A stretch of 64,000 nucleotides of DNA from Octopus vulgaris (GCA_951406725.2 OX597814.1:109864001-109928000); one strand, 5' to 3'; positions 12,001 through 24,450 are shown, numbered from the stretch's first letter. Notes: a model not told the origin generated them from the sequence alone. Program-made: numbers and translations.

Positions 12001-15000
12001 TCATCATCATCATTTAACGTCTGTTGTCCATGCTGGCATGGGTTGGACAGTTTGACAAGGGCTGGCAAGCTGGAAGGCTGCACCAGACTCCAATCTGATT
12101 TGGCATGGTTTCTATGGCTAGATGGCCTTTGTAACACCAACCACTCTGAGAGATAGGTTCTTTTATGTGCCACTGACATGGTGCCATTTGCGTGACACCA
12201 GTATCTGTCACAACTGTGATTTTACTTGTCTTGATGGGTCTTCATCTCAAGCACAATATAATGCCAAGAGTCTTGGTCATTCATCATTCTCTCTGTGAGG
12301 CCCAACACTTGAAAGGTGCATTTCATGTGCCACCGGCATCAGCCACTTTGTCTCTGTGAAGTCCAATGCTTGAAAGGTGCTTTTTACGTGTCACCAGCAT
12401 TGGCCATGATTACAATTTCACTTGTATTGTTGGGTCTTCTCAAGCACAATATATCACCAAAAGTCTCAGTCACCAGTCAGTGCCTCTATGAGGCCCAAAG
12501 TTCAAAGATCATACTTCACCTCCTTGTCCCATGTCTTCCTGGGTCTACCTCTACCACAGGTTCCCTTCACAGTTAGAGATTGGCACTTCTTTACATAGCT
12601 GTCCTCATCCATATGCATCACATGACCATACCTGTGCATTTATCTCTCTTGCACACCACATCTGATGCCTCTTAAGTTCAACTTTTCTCTCAAGATGCTT
12701 ACACTCTGTTGAATATGCACACTGACATTGCACATCCAGTGAACCACACTGGCTTCATTTCTTTCAAGGCTACACATGTCCTTGATTGTCACAGCTCATG
12801 TTTCACTGCCATATAGCATAGCTGTTTGTACACAGGCATCATACAATCTGCTTTCACTCTGAGAGAGAGAGGTCTTTTTTTACCAGCAGAGGTAGGAGCT
12901 CTCTGAACTTTGTCCAGCCTATTCTTATTCTCGCAGCTATGCTCTCAGAGCTTCCACCTCCAGTACTAACTTGGTCGCATAGATAACGTAAGCTATCTAC
13001 TACCTCTAGCTTACCCACCTAGCAGTTGATGGAGTCTTTTTCAGCACATTTTCAGTATTTTTTGTACCTGTGCATCTTCTGCACACAAAAGCTATTTTCC
13101 CTGTTAACCTTCCTCTGATATTGCTGCACCTATGTGTCCATAGCCTACACTGGGTACATCATATGGAGTTTCTACCTATGCCTTTCATACAGATTGAGCA
13201 GGGCCATTTACCTGAAGGGATTTGTGATTTGTCTGCTCTCCTACTTACTAAGACTTTGGTTTTTGCTAGATTAACTCTAAGGTCCTTTGATTCTAGACCT
13301 TGCGTCCACATCTGAAACTTCTCTAGTTCTGGCAATGATTCAGCTATAAGAACAAGGTTATCAGCATGGAGGAGCTCCCAGGGGCAGCCTGTCTTGAATT
13401 CCCCTGTTATTGCCTGGAGGTCTATGATGAACAAAAGGGGGCTGAGGACTGATCTTTGGTGAACCCCTAGTTCTACCCAGAATTCTTCGCTGTACTCATT
13501 GCCAACTTTCACCTTACTGATAGCATCCCTGTACAGGGCTTGTACAACTCTCACCACCCTAGTTTATCCCTAGTTTCCGCATTGACCACCAGATAAGACA
13601 TCAGGGAACCCTGTCAAAGGCTGTCTCCATATCAACAAAAGCCAAGTACAAAGGTTTATCTTTGGCTAAGTATTTCTCCTGAAGTTGTCTTACCAGAAAT
13701 ACAGCATGAGTGGTGCTTCTACCTGGCACAAAACCGAACTTCATCTCATCCAACCAGAGTCTCTCCCTAATCAGTTAGGCTATGACCCTCTCCATGACCT
13801 TCATCACCTGATCCAGCAGTTTGATACTCCTGTAAATTACTTCTATCTAAAGCATCACCTTTATCTTTGTAGCAGTTGACTATAGTACTGCTATACCAGT
13901 CATTGGGTATGACTCCTTCGTGAACTACATGATTTACAATACAAGTCTCTAGACCATAACCCACACCACCAGATATTTTAAGCATCTCAGCAGTGATTCC
14001 TGATGGACTGGATTCTTTCCCTGTCTTCATATCCTTAATTGCTTTATCTACCAAGGTACTGTTGATTTGGGTAGTTGGTGTCTCAGTTGGGTCAATGTTT
14101 AGCAGACTCTCTTCCTCCCATTCATTCTCCACATTCAGCAGTCTTTTATAATGGCATCTCCAAGCCTCTTTCTTTGCAGAATCATTAAATGCAAGTGAAT
14201 GATCATCCATGTGGACACATTTCTCTCCTATGATATCAAGATTTTCTCTCACACTCTGTCTTGCAATCTGAAACACTTCAAGTCTTTGGTTCTCATGTCA
14301 CTGAACATAGGCAAACTTCTTTTATGCTTCTGCCCTGGCTAGATATACTTGTCTCCTAGCTTCCCTTCTGGCTCTCTTATACAGTTCCCTGTTATCCAAC
14401 TCTGCCACGCCTGTTTTTTTGCTCTAATGGCCTTGTCTACAGCATTGCTTCTACGTTTGAATGGGACTTGCACCAACTGCAGATTTGGTCTGTGGCACTC
14501 GGCAAGCTGTCCCGCAGGAATTCCCAGTTGCCCTCTGTGTCACAAGTCTGTAGCTCCTCCCGCTCATCAAATTTCTCAATTAGGAAGTCCCTAAATCCCT
14601 GACCATATGAAGAGTCCTTAAGCTTCCAAATCCTTCTTTTCCAGATTTATCTGCTTCTTGGTATCCTTCTGGCCTGGAGTCTAAAGTCACTAATGACTAG
14701 TTTATGCTGGTGGGGAACATTCTTCACCAGGGAGGGTCTTTGTATTTAAGAACAACCATATATCCTGCTGTCTGGTGAGAATGTAATCAATCTAGCTAGC
14801 CTAATCACCTGATTGGTAGATTATCAGGTTGGCTGGCTTCCTGAAGTTGGTGTTACAGATCAGTAGGTTATTGGCATTACAGAACTCCAGTAGCCTTGTC
14901 CCTTCTTTGTTTTAGGAACCAATTCCATGGTGCCCCATGTATGCCATGGAAGATACCAAGCTGCTGCCTGACATGCCCATTGAAATCCCCAGCCATGAAG

Positions 15001-15450
15001 ATGAGATCATTGTCATTCATCTTTGAGGTAGCCTGCAGAAGAATATCATAAAAACGGTCATTTTGTTCATTTGGTAGGCCAGTTTGTGTGGAGCATAGAC
15101 CGAGATAATTTCCACTATATTATTCTGCAAGACAAGCCTGACCTTAAATATTCTATCGCATACACTGACTACCTCAATGACCTCATCCACCCATTTCTTA
15201 GCAAGAAGTATGCCTACACTACCTATCTCGTTGCTGTTACTTTCCCAGAAAATTTTATACCTATGTGTTTTGCCTGCAAGGAACCTGGCTGAAGTTCCTC
15301 TCCACTTTACCTCTTGAATGCAACATACATCAACTCACCTCCATTCAAGCATCTCAACAATGTCACTAGACCTACTTTTCAATGTGCCTACATTGACAGT
15401 TTCAACTCTGAAAACTGGGAAAGGGGCATGGGAGGGAACATGAGAAGGAG
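12001..15450 (-). mobile_element. Near full-length, degraded RTE-clade LINE (APE endonuclease + RT with PHD-like insert)
   Basis: APE N-terminus TVNVGTL..VDVCCIQEVKWRG (~15290-15410) and GDFNGHV (~14970). RT ORFs 13767-14276 and 13159-13557 (GVHQRSVLSPLLF, LLHADNL). GRPRKTW at ~12530 and (GAT)n tail at 12001. Multiple stops and frameshifts. Confidence 0.92.
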
Positions 15451-15639
15451 AGGTGGTATTCAGTACCTGAAAAACAGTTTCAATGGCTGTTTGATAACAG
15501 ACATGTCACATCAGCTGTTCTTGCTTTAACCTGCCATCATTCAAACATCATTCAAATTGTTGCTCCTATTGGGAGTGAGTGTAACGTAAGCATTGTAAAT
15601 ATAAGTGTTATTGCTGTAAACATAAATATAAAAGACAGA

Positions 15640-16228
15640 GACCTCTGGAGATATACTGTGACTGAGAAGACCTGGCAAATAAAGTGAGTTCACAACTGTA
15701 ACCCACACCAGTGTCGCATAACCAGCCCACTCAAAAGTACCCTTGGTTCGTAGGGCGACATGCCATGCTTGAGGAGACCTATTGAGTCAAGTACATCAAC
15801 ATCAAAATTACAATCAAATGGCAATTGTAGTTGTGATCCCCGTGCTGGTGGCATGTAAAAAGCACCATCTGAACATGGTCGATGCTAGCCCCCTCAACCC
15901 GACTGACTTCTGTGCCAGTGGCATGTAAAACGCACCATCCGAACATGCTGATGCCAGCACTGCCTTGACTGGCTCCTGTGCCAGTGGCACGTAAAAAGCA
16001 TCATCCGATTGTGATCAATGCCAGCCCCCTCTGGCCCCTGTGCTAGTGGCATGTAAAAAGCACCCACTTTCATCTCAGAGTGGTTGGTGTTAGGAAGGGC
16101 ACCCAGCTGTAGAAACATTGCCAGATCAGACTGGTGCCTGGTGCGGCTTCTTGGCTTTCCAGATCCCAGTCAAAGCGTCCAACCCATACCAGCATGGAAA
16201 ATGGACGTTAGACGATGATGATGATGAT
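15640..16228 (+). mobile_element. RTE 3' UTR fragment with repeated stem-loop modules and (GAT)n tail
   Basis: Four GTGCY.GTGGCAYGTAAAA modules, then ..CCAACCCAT.CCAGCATGGAAA..(GAT)n. Confidence 0.8.
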
Positions 16229-16999
16229 AATAAATAGGTCAATGTTTGAATTAAGTAAATGATCCACAATTGGTCAGTCCATTATATATAGAGGGAAAGG
16301 GGTCAGTGGTTTGTTAATTTACAAAGTGACACATCTCCTTTTGGTGCATGCAGTAGTATGAATGATTGCTTCTGGGGCTGGTGGTAGTAGGAGGGAGGGA
16401 GGTCTTCAAGTCTTCTGATGCAGAAGCGAGGCAGAGCCATGTAGGGGTTTCCAGTTTAAGAGAAGAGATTTCTGGTATAGGTGGTGGGGGCAGGAATGGG
16501 TGGGTGCATCACAGACCAGCAATGGTCAGCTTCACTTGAGGAAATGGCAGTAGAAGACACTAGTGTGGCAGAGAGAGAGAGAGAGAGAGTGAGAGAGAGA
16601 AAGAAAGAGAGTGAGAAAGAAAGAAAGAGAGAGAAGACTTTATTGCTTGAGAAATCATGGCAAGTATGAGAAAGACACAAGTTATACAACAAAGTGAAGA
16701 TTTTTACAAATTTTAGAGGGAGAGTGTGAGATTGTTGAGGAAATCATGGCAAAGTAGGGAATCACATGGGTTATGAAATGGAAAGAATATTGCAAAAATT
16801 TAAAGAATGAAAGAATTACGAGTTTTGGAAGTTATTCTAAAAATGAAAGAATTACGAATTATGAAACATATTTTAAATCCAAGTACAGCATGTTATGTAA
16901 TATTCTTGTTATCTCACTGCAAGTCAAGACATGAGCTGGGAAAGAATTTCAGACATTCTGGAAAAGAAGGTGAAACCATAGTAACTGAAGGAGAGTAGA

Positions 17000-18900
17000 G
17001 TTAAGTTAGTTGAGTGTAGCTGGGTGGAAGTGGCATGAGACCAACTGGTTTTGAGAAGCAGAGGCCACTGTAGTAGTGGTAGAAAGAGCAGAGAGAGGGC
17101 ATAGAATATATATAGGTTAGGGATAACCGTGTGTTTGTAAATGGTAATCGGTAGAGTGGCCTTTCTTTGGATGCAGTCAAGTATAATTCTTTGTGTAGCT
17201 GCAGCATCATCTGTGGGTACCATGGAAACAGTAATCTATTGAAGGGCACACCTAAGGTTTGCAAAGGGTCATCATCATCATCATTGTTCGACCGTGGTCG
17301 AGACAATGGAATTTACCATGTTGCGCCAGACTTCACGGTCCATCATAGCATTACGGAGGTCCTGTTGCTGGATGCCTGTATCCCTGGAGATTACATCAGG
17401 GTAGGAGAGTGTGCGCCCTCTGGTGTTGCGAGTAGATGGCTTCCAGAGGAGAAGAGTAGAAATTACTTCTTTTTCAGCTCTACAACAATGTCCAGCAAAC
17501 TGGACTCTCCTACCTTTCACAAGAGATGACACAGGTGGTAATTTCCCATATATTTGCATTTTAGTTGGATGGCGCCTCCACGAGAGATTTTGAGCTCTCA
17601 TAAGGAGGCGAGTGTAGGTTCCATCCAACCGCCTCTCAAGCTTCTTTGATAACGTCCAGGTTTCTGAGCCATATAGTAGAATTGGTTCGACTGTGGCTTT
17701 GAATATTTCAAGTTTGAAGTCTCTACTTAGATTTGATGACCAGATCTTATGCATGTCATTACAGGCTGACCAGGCCATACCCTTTCTAGTTAGAAAGTCT
17801 TTTCCAGATGATGATATGTATGACCCAAGATATTTATAATCAGAAACCATATTTAAAGGTGCACTGTTGAGAGTGTGGATGATGCAATCACTGTTGGACA
17901 GGCACTTGTTTATGTATTCAGTTTTGGTCTCATTGAGGTAAAGACCTACACAATTTGAGGCTTGTTCAAGAGATTGTAAAAGAGACTGGGCATTGGAGAG
18001 AGAATCACTGATAAGAGCGATGTCGTCAGCAAAGTCAGTGTCTGTCAAGTACTCAGCTGGGTGTCTGGAACTTCTTCTTGGTTTTATTTCAAAGCCCTTG
18101 CCAGAGATGGTATCAACTGACATACGTAGCACATAATCAACAACAATGATGAAAAGAAATGGGGCGAGTGTGTCTCCCTGCAGTATTCCGGCCTCGATCG
18201 AGAAAGATGATGTTTCTCCATCAGGGGTTAAGATGGTTGAAGACGTATCTGTGTAGAGGACCTTGATGGCAGAAATAATTTTGTCTGGTATCCCATAGAG
18301 CTTAAGGATTTCAAACATCTTGTACCTATCTACAGAATGGAACGCTTTAGAAAAGTCTACAAATACCATTGCAAGATCGCGATTAAATGCTTTTGATTCT
18401 TCAATAAGTCTGCGCAGGCATAGTATCTGGCTCAGCGTTGAGCGCCCATGTCTGAATCCATTTTGGTTCTTTCGGAGCAAAGGTTCAACAAAAAGGACAA
18501 GACAATTTAGGATCAGTTTGTTGTACAGTTTTGCAGCAATTGACATTAGAGATATGCCCCTGTAGTTGGTGACGAGGGACAAATCGCCTTTTTTGGGTAT
18601 TGGAATGATTTGAGATTGGTGCCAAATCTTTGGAGCGACAAAGGTGGAAAGTGTGTGGTTGCAGAGGTTAAGCAAAAGTGTGTGAAATCTATCATAGGGT
18701 CATAGCTGTTAGGGTCTGGAGTATTTTCTGGTTCTGAAGCAGATGGTCAGTGTTTGTGGTGCAGCATTTGGTCTATCGAGGATTGGCTACGCATTTGTCA
18801 AGAGAGATCAAGAATGGCGAACATTTATGGGGAGGTTCATGGGTTTAATTCTGTGCTGTTCATGTTGAGGTTGTGGAGTTCAGTAATGGATTGTAACATT
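17000..18900 (-). mobile_element. Old CR1/Jockey-group LINE RT C-terminal relic, split by a younger RTE insertion
   Basis: Joining the flanks across the insertion gives TLCKP*VCPSIDYCFH..LDCIQRKA..SLCSFYHYYSGLC, resembling the LYK.QVRP.LEYCSH / LD.IQ / SLFY.YY.G.CS motifs. Confidence 0.6.
17273..18695 (-). mobile_element. Young 5'-truncated RTE-like LINE with uninterrupted 464-aa RT ORF
   Basis: ORF 17281-18675 has NYRGISL, QNGFR, FVDFSKAF, GILQGDTLAP, FADD and YLG. The stop runs into a (GAT)n tail. TSD AGGGTCAT at 17265-17272 and 18696-18703. Confidence 0.95.
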
Positions 18901-19094
18901 GAAACTTGAAAAGCTTTCAAGTAGAAATGTCACTCAACATTCACAATTGCAGCCATCTGGCTCTTTGATATCAGGAATAATTAGTCTGTATTTCAGGAAT
19001 GCAATAGAAATATCTCTGGTTTTGAAAATTATATTGATTGTTTCCCAAAGGCCAAAGTTACTTGTCTTCATAATATATAGCAATGGTTATTGTG

Positions 19095-19143
19095 TGTGTA
19101 TATATCTGTATATATATACATATATATACATACATACATACAC

Positions 19144-19176
<33 letters not shown>

Positions 19177-19226
19177 TGTATGTATGTATGTATGTATGTA
19201 TGTATGTATGTATGTATATATATATG

Positions 19227-19265
<39 letters not shown>

Positions 19266-19320
19266 GTGTGTATCTATATATATATATATATATTTTCACT
19301 TGTGTGTGTTTGTGTGTTGT
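19095..19320. repeat. (TA)n/(TATG)n/(TG)n compound microsatellite
   Basis: Direct reading. One of many such tracts (also ~7436-7516, 8537-8686, 33418-33540). Confidence 0.95.
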
Positions 19321-19728
19321 ATACCAGGCTTAAGTTACTTATTGCTGTAATATATTGCCATACTTATTTTGTGTGTGTGTCTGGTTGGGGTTAGGATGGG
19401 CATCCAACTGTAAAAACCTTGTCAGATCAGATTGGAGTCTAGTACAGCCTTCTGGCTTGCCAGTCCTTAGTCAAACCATCCAACCCATGTCAGCATGGGT
19501 AAGCAGATGTTAAACGATGATGACTAAGTACTGGGGTCGATGTAATTTACTAACTACTCCTGTCCCTTACCACCACCACCACCACTACCATCTCAAAATT
19601 ACTGAGTTTGTACCAAGTTTGTACCTAGATATCAGTTTACAGAAGCAGGTGTGAGAAGTGACCAAAGTTACCTGTCTTTATAATATATAGCAGCGTTTTA
19701 TGTAAATAGCTGTGTATATAATAAGCAT

Positions 19729-19989
19729 TAGAAAATTACTATTTTTAAATCTCACAACGTGAGATATTCAGCAACAGTACTTTGTAGTAAAGATTGTTTG
19801 CCAACATAACATGGCAGTCCTGGTTTACGACTAATGACACAATCTGTGTTCTTATATTCCCTTGTTCGAAAATATAAGGACACAGATCGTGTTGTATAGC
19901 CAGCTGGAGACGATGTCTCCTGGAGCTAAATTACAGCAACATTAGTCTTAAACCAGGACTGCCATGTTATGTTGGCAAACAATCTTTAC
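19729..19989. mobile_element. ~260-bp structured fold-back element with 12-bp TSD (same family as 6533-6796)
   Basis: TATAATAAGCAT at 19717-19728 and 19990-20001. Inverted arms 19785-19836 / 19940-19991. Core ACACAGA..TAGCCAGCTGGAG..CTCCTGG.GCTA. Confidence 0.75.
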
Positions 19990-20024
19990 TATAATAAGCA
20001 TGTCAGTGTACTGGCCATCAAAAT

Positions 20025-20427
20025 CAAATTTGATGACTGGCATCAGTGTCAGTGGCACGTAAAAAGCACCATTCGAGCATGATCGTTACCAGCATCGCCT
20101 TACTGGCACTTGTGTCGGTGGCACATGAAAAATCATTCGAGCGAAGTCGTTGCCAAGGCACTGGACTTGCTCCTGTGCAGGTGGCACATAAAAAACACCA
20201 TTTGAGCGTGGCTGTTGCCAGTACTGCCTGACTGGCCCTCGTGCCAGTGGCATGTAAAAGCACCCACTACACTCTCGGAGTGGTTGGCATTGGGAAGGGT
20301 ATCCAGCTGTAGAAACTCTGCCAGATCAAGACTGGAGCCTCGTTCAACCATCTGGTTTGCCAGTCCTCAGTCAAATCGTCCAACCCATGCAAGCATGGAA
20401 AGCGGACGTTAAACGATGATGATGATT
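20025..20427 (+). mobile_element. RTE 3' UTR fragment with four stem-loop modules
   Basis: Modules at ~20046, 20112, 20175 and 20241, followed by the conserved tail and (GAT)n. Confidence 0.85.
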
Positions 20428-21497
20428 TGTGTATATATGCATGTATGTATAACAAGCTAAGAGTCCTGTGTTTATAATATATAGTAATGATTATTGTGTG
20501 TAAGTCTCTGTAAGTATAAATATATGTGTGTTGGCCAATGTTACCTGGTCATGTGTATATATCTGATTGTATATGCATTCGTATGTGTGCGTGTAATGTA
20601 ACATAATGTATGTACATCAGATCCTTAAAATAAGGAAGTGTAAAACAATATCTACAGTAATAATATATCTATAGATTTTTATCTACGTATAAGCATATGT
20701 GTACGGCTGTGCATAGCTGGCTGTATGTCTGTATGGCTGTGTGCATGTGTGTGCGTGTGTGTGTGTATGCATGCATTCATTAAAATCACATTTGCATTCA
20801 AAGCATAAACACAAAAAGGAAAAAGCTTCAATGTGACAATAGCTCTCAGCAACATGGCAGACAGAAAGTACCCTGAGGGAATGTTTCTGTATAGAAGAAA
20901 ACTAAATGACAGGAAGGAGGTTTCAAATATATAAAATAGAGAAATGAGAAATTTGTTAATCAACTGAGATTATCAAGGTTGTAAAACTTTTAACATTTGT
21001 GTATCTAGTAGACACAACATTTGTCTCCGTTACGCTTTCCCTTGGCATTATTGTTGATTTTTATCATCAATGTCATTACATTCCGTCTCCCCATTTTCTC
21101 CCCCCCATCATCTTTCTCTCACTGTATACGGGTATATGTACATCCCAAAAGTCACTGATGGGTTTCAATTTTTAACAACTTCCTTAACTTTACAAATAAA
21201 TGCATGAAATTTTGATACAATATAAAGGACATAATGGAAATTAATATGTACAAGTCAAATTTTGCAATACTACTATATCACATATGGAAAATGACATTGC
21301 TAAAATGGCAGTCATTTTCAGCTTCACATGTCTGTGCTCTCTCCAGAACTTGCACCATAACACCCTCAAGAGTTTCAGACCCCACTTCTTTGATTTCTCT
21401 TTTGATGTTCTCCTTCAGTTGCACTAGGGTCTTTGGTTTAGGGTCTCAGGCCAATATATCATCATCATCATCGTGTGTGTGTGTATGACCTCGAACC

Positions 21498-21712
21498 CAC
21501 AAGAGTAAACAAGAGAGACAGAGACAGGCAGAAACAAGGAAAATGCCACTTGTATTTGAACACTATACAAATATTCTTTTAAAAAAACTTTTCTTTTAAT
21601 TTTTCTAAATTTAATTATTTAATTGTTACAGTTGAAAAAGTCTTAATGACTGAAACCGGTACTGAAATGTTTTTTATAAAATTATTTTAGCATTTTCTAT
21701 CTTGACTTTTTT
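21498..21712 (+). mobile_element. PLE pseudo-LTR-like fragment carrying a U3:A8 hammerhead; inverted copy at 23638-23851
   Basis: CAG-TTGAAAA-AGTC-TTAAT-GACT-GAAAC-CG-GTA-CTG at 21629-21664. The whole ~215 bp recurs inverted about 2 kb downstream. Confidence 0.7.
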
Positions 21713-21799
21713 TTCCATATATATATACTGTCCAACCCATGCTAGCATGGAAAACGGACGTTAAACGATGATGATGATGATGATGATATATTAAAACTG

Positions 21800-22098
21800 C
21801 CATGCCATTGGTTGATCCAGTCAGCAGAACAGCCTACTCATAAAATTTACAAACAAATGGCTGAGCACTCCACACTCACACATACCCCTTAACCCCTTAA
21901 CGTAGTTCTCAGGGAGATTCTGCCTGACACAGAATGTGACAAGGCTGGACCCTTGAATTACAGGCACAACTCAGTTTTACCAGCTGAGTGGATTGGAGCA
22001 ACATGAAATAAAGTGTCTTGCTCAAGGACACAACATGTCACTAGGAATCGAACTCATGACCTTTTGGTCATTAGCTGAACACCTTAACCACTTAACCA
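21800..22098 (-). mobile_element. SINE family C
   Basis: Homologous to 7108-7430. Confidence 0.7.
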
Positions 22099-22211
22099 CA
22101 CACACACACATATATGTTAATGTTTGTTTTTATGTTGAATTTATCTGATGGGTTACTCTGTGCTTTTGTAGAATATAGATTTATTATTCTTAAACAAGAA
22201 TATATTATTGA

Positions 22212-22255
22212 TAGTGACTTTGAAGTTTCAACCAGTTAAGCCATCATCAGACTGT
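22212..22255 (-). ncRNA. Minimal type I hammerhead ribozyme motif
   Basis: Minus strand: AGT-CTGATGA-TGGCTTAACTGGTT-GAAAC-TTCAAA-GTC-ACT, with a weak stem II. A degenerate inverted copy lies at 22510-22570. Confidence 0.65.
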
Positions 22256-22742
22256 AATGCATTGGAGTTAATCCTGACCTTATATAGTCTCTCATCATCA
22301 TCATCATCATCATCATTTAATGCCTGTTTTCTATGCTAGCATGGGTTGGACAACTTTACAGGAACTGGTAAACCCAGGGCTGCACCTGGTTCCATCATAG
22401 TCTGATGATCTCCCTATCTTAAAACCTTCTTACTACACCACCCAAACCCACATACCCAAGGAAGATACTCGTACCCAACAGAGACTATATAAAACGAAAA
22501 TAAACTTCAATGCATTGCAGTTGAACAATGACTTAACTGGCAGAAATTTCAAAGTCACTGTCAAAAATATCCTTGTTTAACAATGATATGTGTGTGTTTG
22601 TAACATATACCATCATTGTCATCATTATTAAATGTCCACTCTTCCAGGATTGCATGGGTCAGATGGAATTTGTTGCTGCAGATTTTCTATGGCCAAATGC
22701 CTTTCTTATTGCCAGGTGGTGGTCATGGGTGGAGATGTGGGG

Positions 22743-22785
<43 letters not shown>

Positions 22786-22853
22786 CAAAGTGGAGTTGTA
22801 AGGTACGAGTGGAATTATATATGAAAGAAGGTTTGAAAATGCAATTTTAAAAG

Positions 22854-22902
22854 ATGTTTTTACCGGTTTCACTTTTTAGAAAAAGATTGTCAAAAGTAAC
22901 AT
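22854..22902 (-). ncRNA. Minimal type I hammerhead motif, U3:A8 core variant
   Basis: Minus strand: ATGTTACTT-TTGACAA-TCTTTTTCTAAAAAGT-GAAAC-CG-GTA-AAAACAT. Confidence 0.6.
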
Positions 22903-22904
22903 GT

Positions 22905-23212
22905 AAAAGCTTGGTTGTGTTAGTTACTGGTTGTCACAAAATACTACAATACATATATACATTCTTTGATAACAAGAACATGTTAAGAACAGTTTACAAG
23001 GGAAAATCTTGGGAAAATATAAAAAAGTTTAACAAGTTCATCAAAATATTGGGCACAAAAGCTTGGTTGTGCCAGGTACTGGTTGTCACAAAATATTACA
23101 ATATACATATACATTCTTTGATAATAAGAACATGTTAAGAACAGCTTACAAGGAAAAATCTTGGGAAAATATAAAAAAGTTTAACAAGTTCATTAAAATA
23201 TTGGGCACAAAA
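22905..23212. repeat. 152-bp tandem duplication (2 copies) adjacent to the hammerhead motif
   Basis: AAAAGCTTGGTTGTG..TATTGGGCAC starts at 22905 and 23057. Confidence 0.9.
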
Positions 23213-23637
23213 GATTGCAACATATATATACATTCTCAAGAAAATGTTAAAGATAGTTTCCAGAAGGAATTATTAAAAAGTTCAGTGGAATATTGGTATT
23301 GTATCTGTATATATATACACACACAAAATATTATAAGTTCAAAAAAGTTTACATTTTAGTAGTAGGGTAGCTGAAACTGACCTGGTTCACCATGTTATCA
23401 TAAAAGACTATTTTATATTTCAAGAGACAGTGTATGTGTGTTTGGGTGGGGGTAAGGAAGAGTAATATGTAACTGAAAAGAAGTTTTTTTGTCTCTCCTT
23501 CAAGCATCAATGATTTGGGGGATCGGTCTGAAGAGGTCAGAATGGTGCAAGTGTATGTGTCTTTGTTTGTGTGTATATACATATACATGTGTTTGTGTGT
23601 GGGGGCCGTTTTTGATTGTATATATATATATATGGAC

Positions 23638-23851
23638 AAAAAGGTCAAGATAGAAAAGGCTAAAATAATTTTATAAAAAACATTTCAGTATTGGTTTCAG
23701 TCATTGAGACTTTTTCAACTTTAAGTATGGAAAACAATTAAATTTAGAAAAATTAATAAAGTTTTTTTAAAAGAATATTTGCATAGTATTCAAATACAAG
23801 TGGAATTTTCCTTGTTTCTGCCTGTCTCTGTCTCTCTTGTTTACTCTTGTG
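23638..23851 (-). mobile_element. Inverted copy of the 21498-21712 pseudo-LTR-like fragment
   Basis: Reverse complement alignment. Its hammerhead reads TTGAAAA-AGTC-TCAAT-GACT-GAAAC-CAATA (stem III damaged). Confidence 0.75.
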
Positions 23852-24052
23852 CTACGATTTCGATATATGGAAGGGTATCGAGCTCTAGGAACATTGCCAG
23901 GTCAGATTGAAACCTGATGCAGCCCACTGGCTTGCCAGTCCTCAGTCAAACTGTCCAACCCATGCCAGCATGGAAAGTGGACATTAAACGATGATGATGA
24001 TGATGATAAATATACATAGTAATAACAATAATAATCCTTGGAGAAAATTAAG

Positions 24053-24249
24053 AAATATTTTACTGCATCGCTACACGTGTTTCCACAATTCACATGTCTC
24101 TTATGATCATAGTTTGTATTCCTGGGATGATTACAGTACAGCCTGTAGTATCCAGTGGACATTGGATAGATCATTTTCATGCATCCAGACCATGATCTTA
24201 AGAAATATGTGACTTGTGGAAACACACATAGTGATGTATTAAAATATTT
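24053..24249. repeat. Imperfect ~65-bp-arm inverted repeat containing a hammerhead 3' half
   Basis: AAATATTTTACTGCATCGCTACACGTGTTTCCACAA / TTGTGGAAACACACATAGTGATGTATTAAAATATTT. The minus strand has GAAAC-ACGT-GTA. Confidence 0.7.
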
Positions 24250-24450
24250 ATAAATTCCATCCAAAGATTCTTGTTGTTATTACCATATTTATTCTATATT
24301 ATATTGGCACAGCTTCATACAACCCCAAAACACTGGTGTTGCCAGTTGGCATCATCAGACTGTAGCTGGCATATTAGAATAGCAGCTTTTATATGCATAT
24401 TCAAAAGCATTTCCTGTAAACAAACTTATAGGATATACATATATAAATTA

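Noticed and set aside
18899-19394. ORFs rich in YVCM/IYIY/THTH, and similar ones at 31-32 kb, 34 kb and 38 kb
   Set aside because: Microsatellite translations.
20040-20270. Repeat-spacer pattern resembling a CRISPR array
   Set aside because: The spacers are homologous to each other, the array is part of an RTE 3' UTR, there are no cas genes, and the context is eukaryotic.
24325-24367. Hammerhead on the minus strand (CTGATGA-TGCC-AACT-GGCA)
   Set aside because: No GAAA box and stem I does not close.
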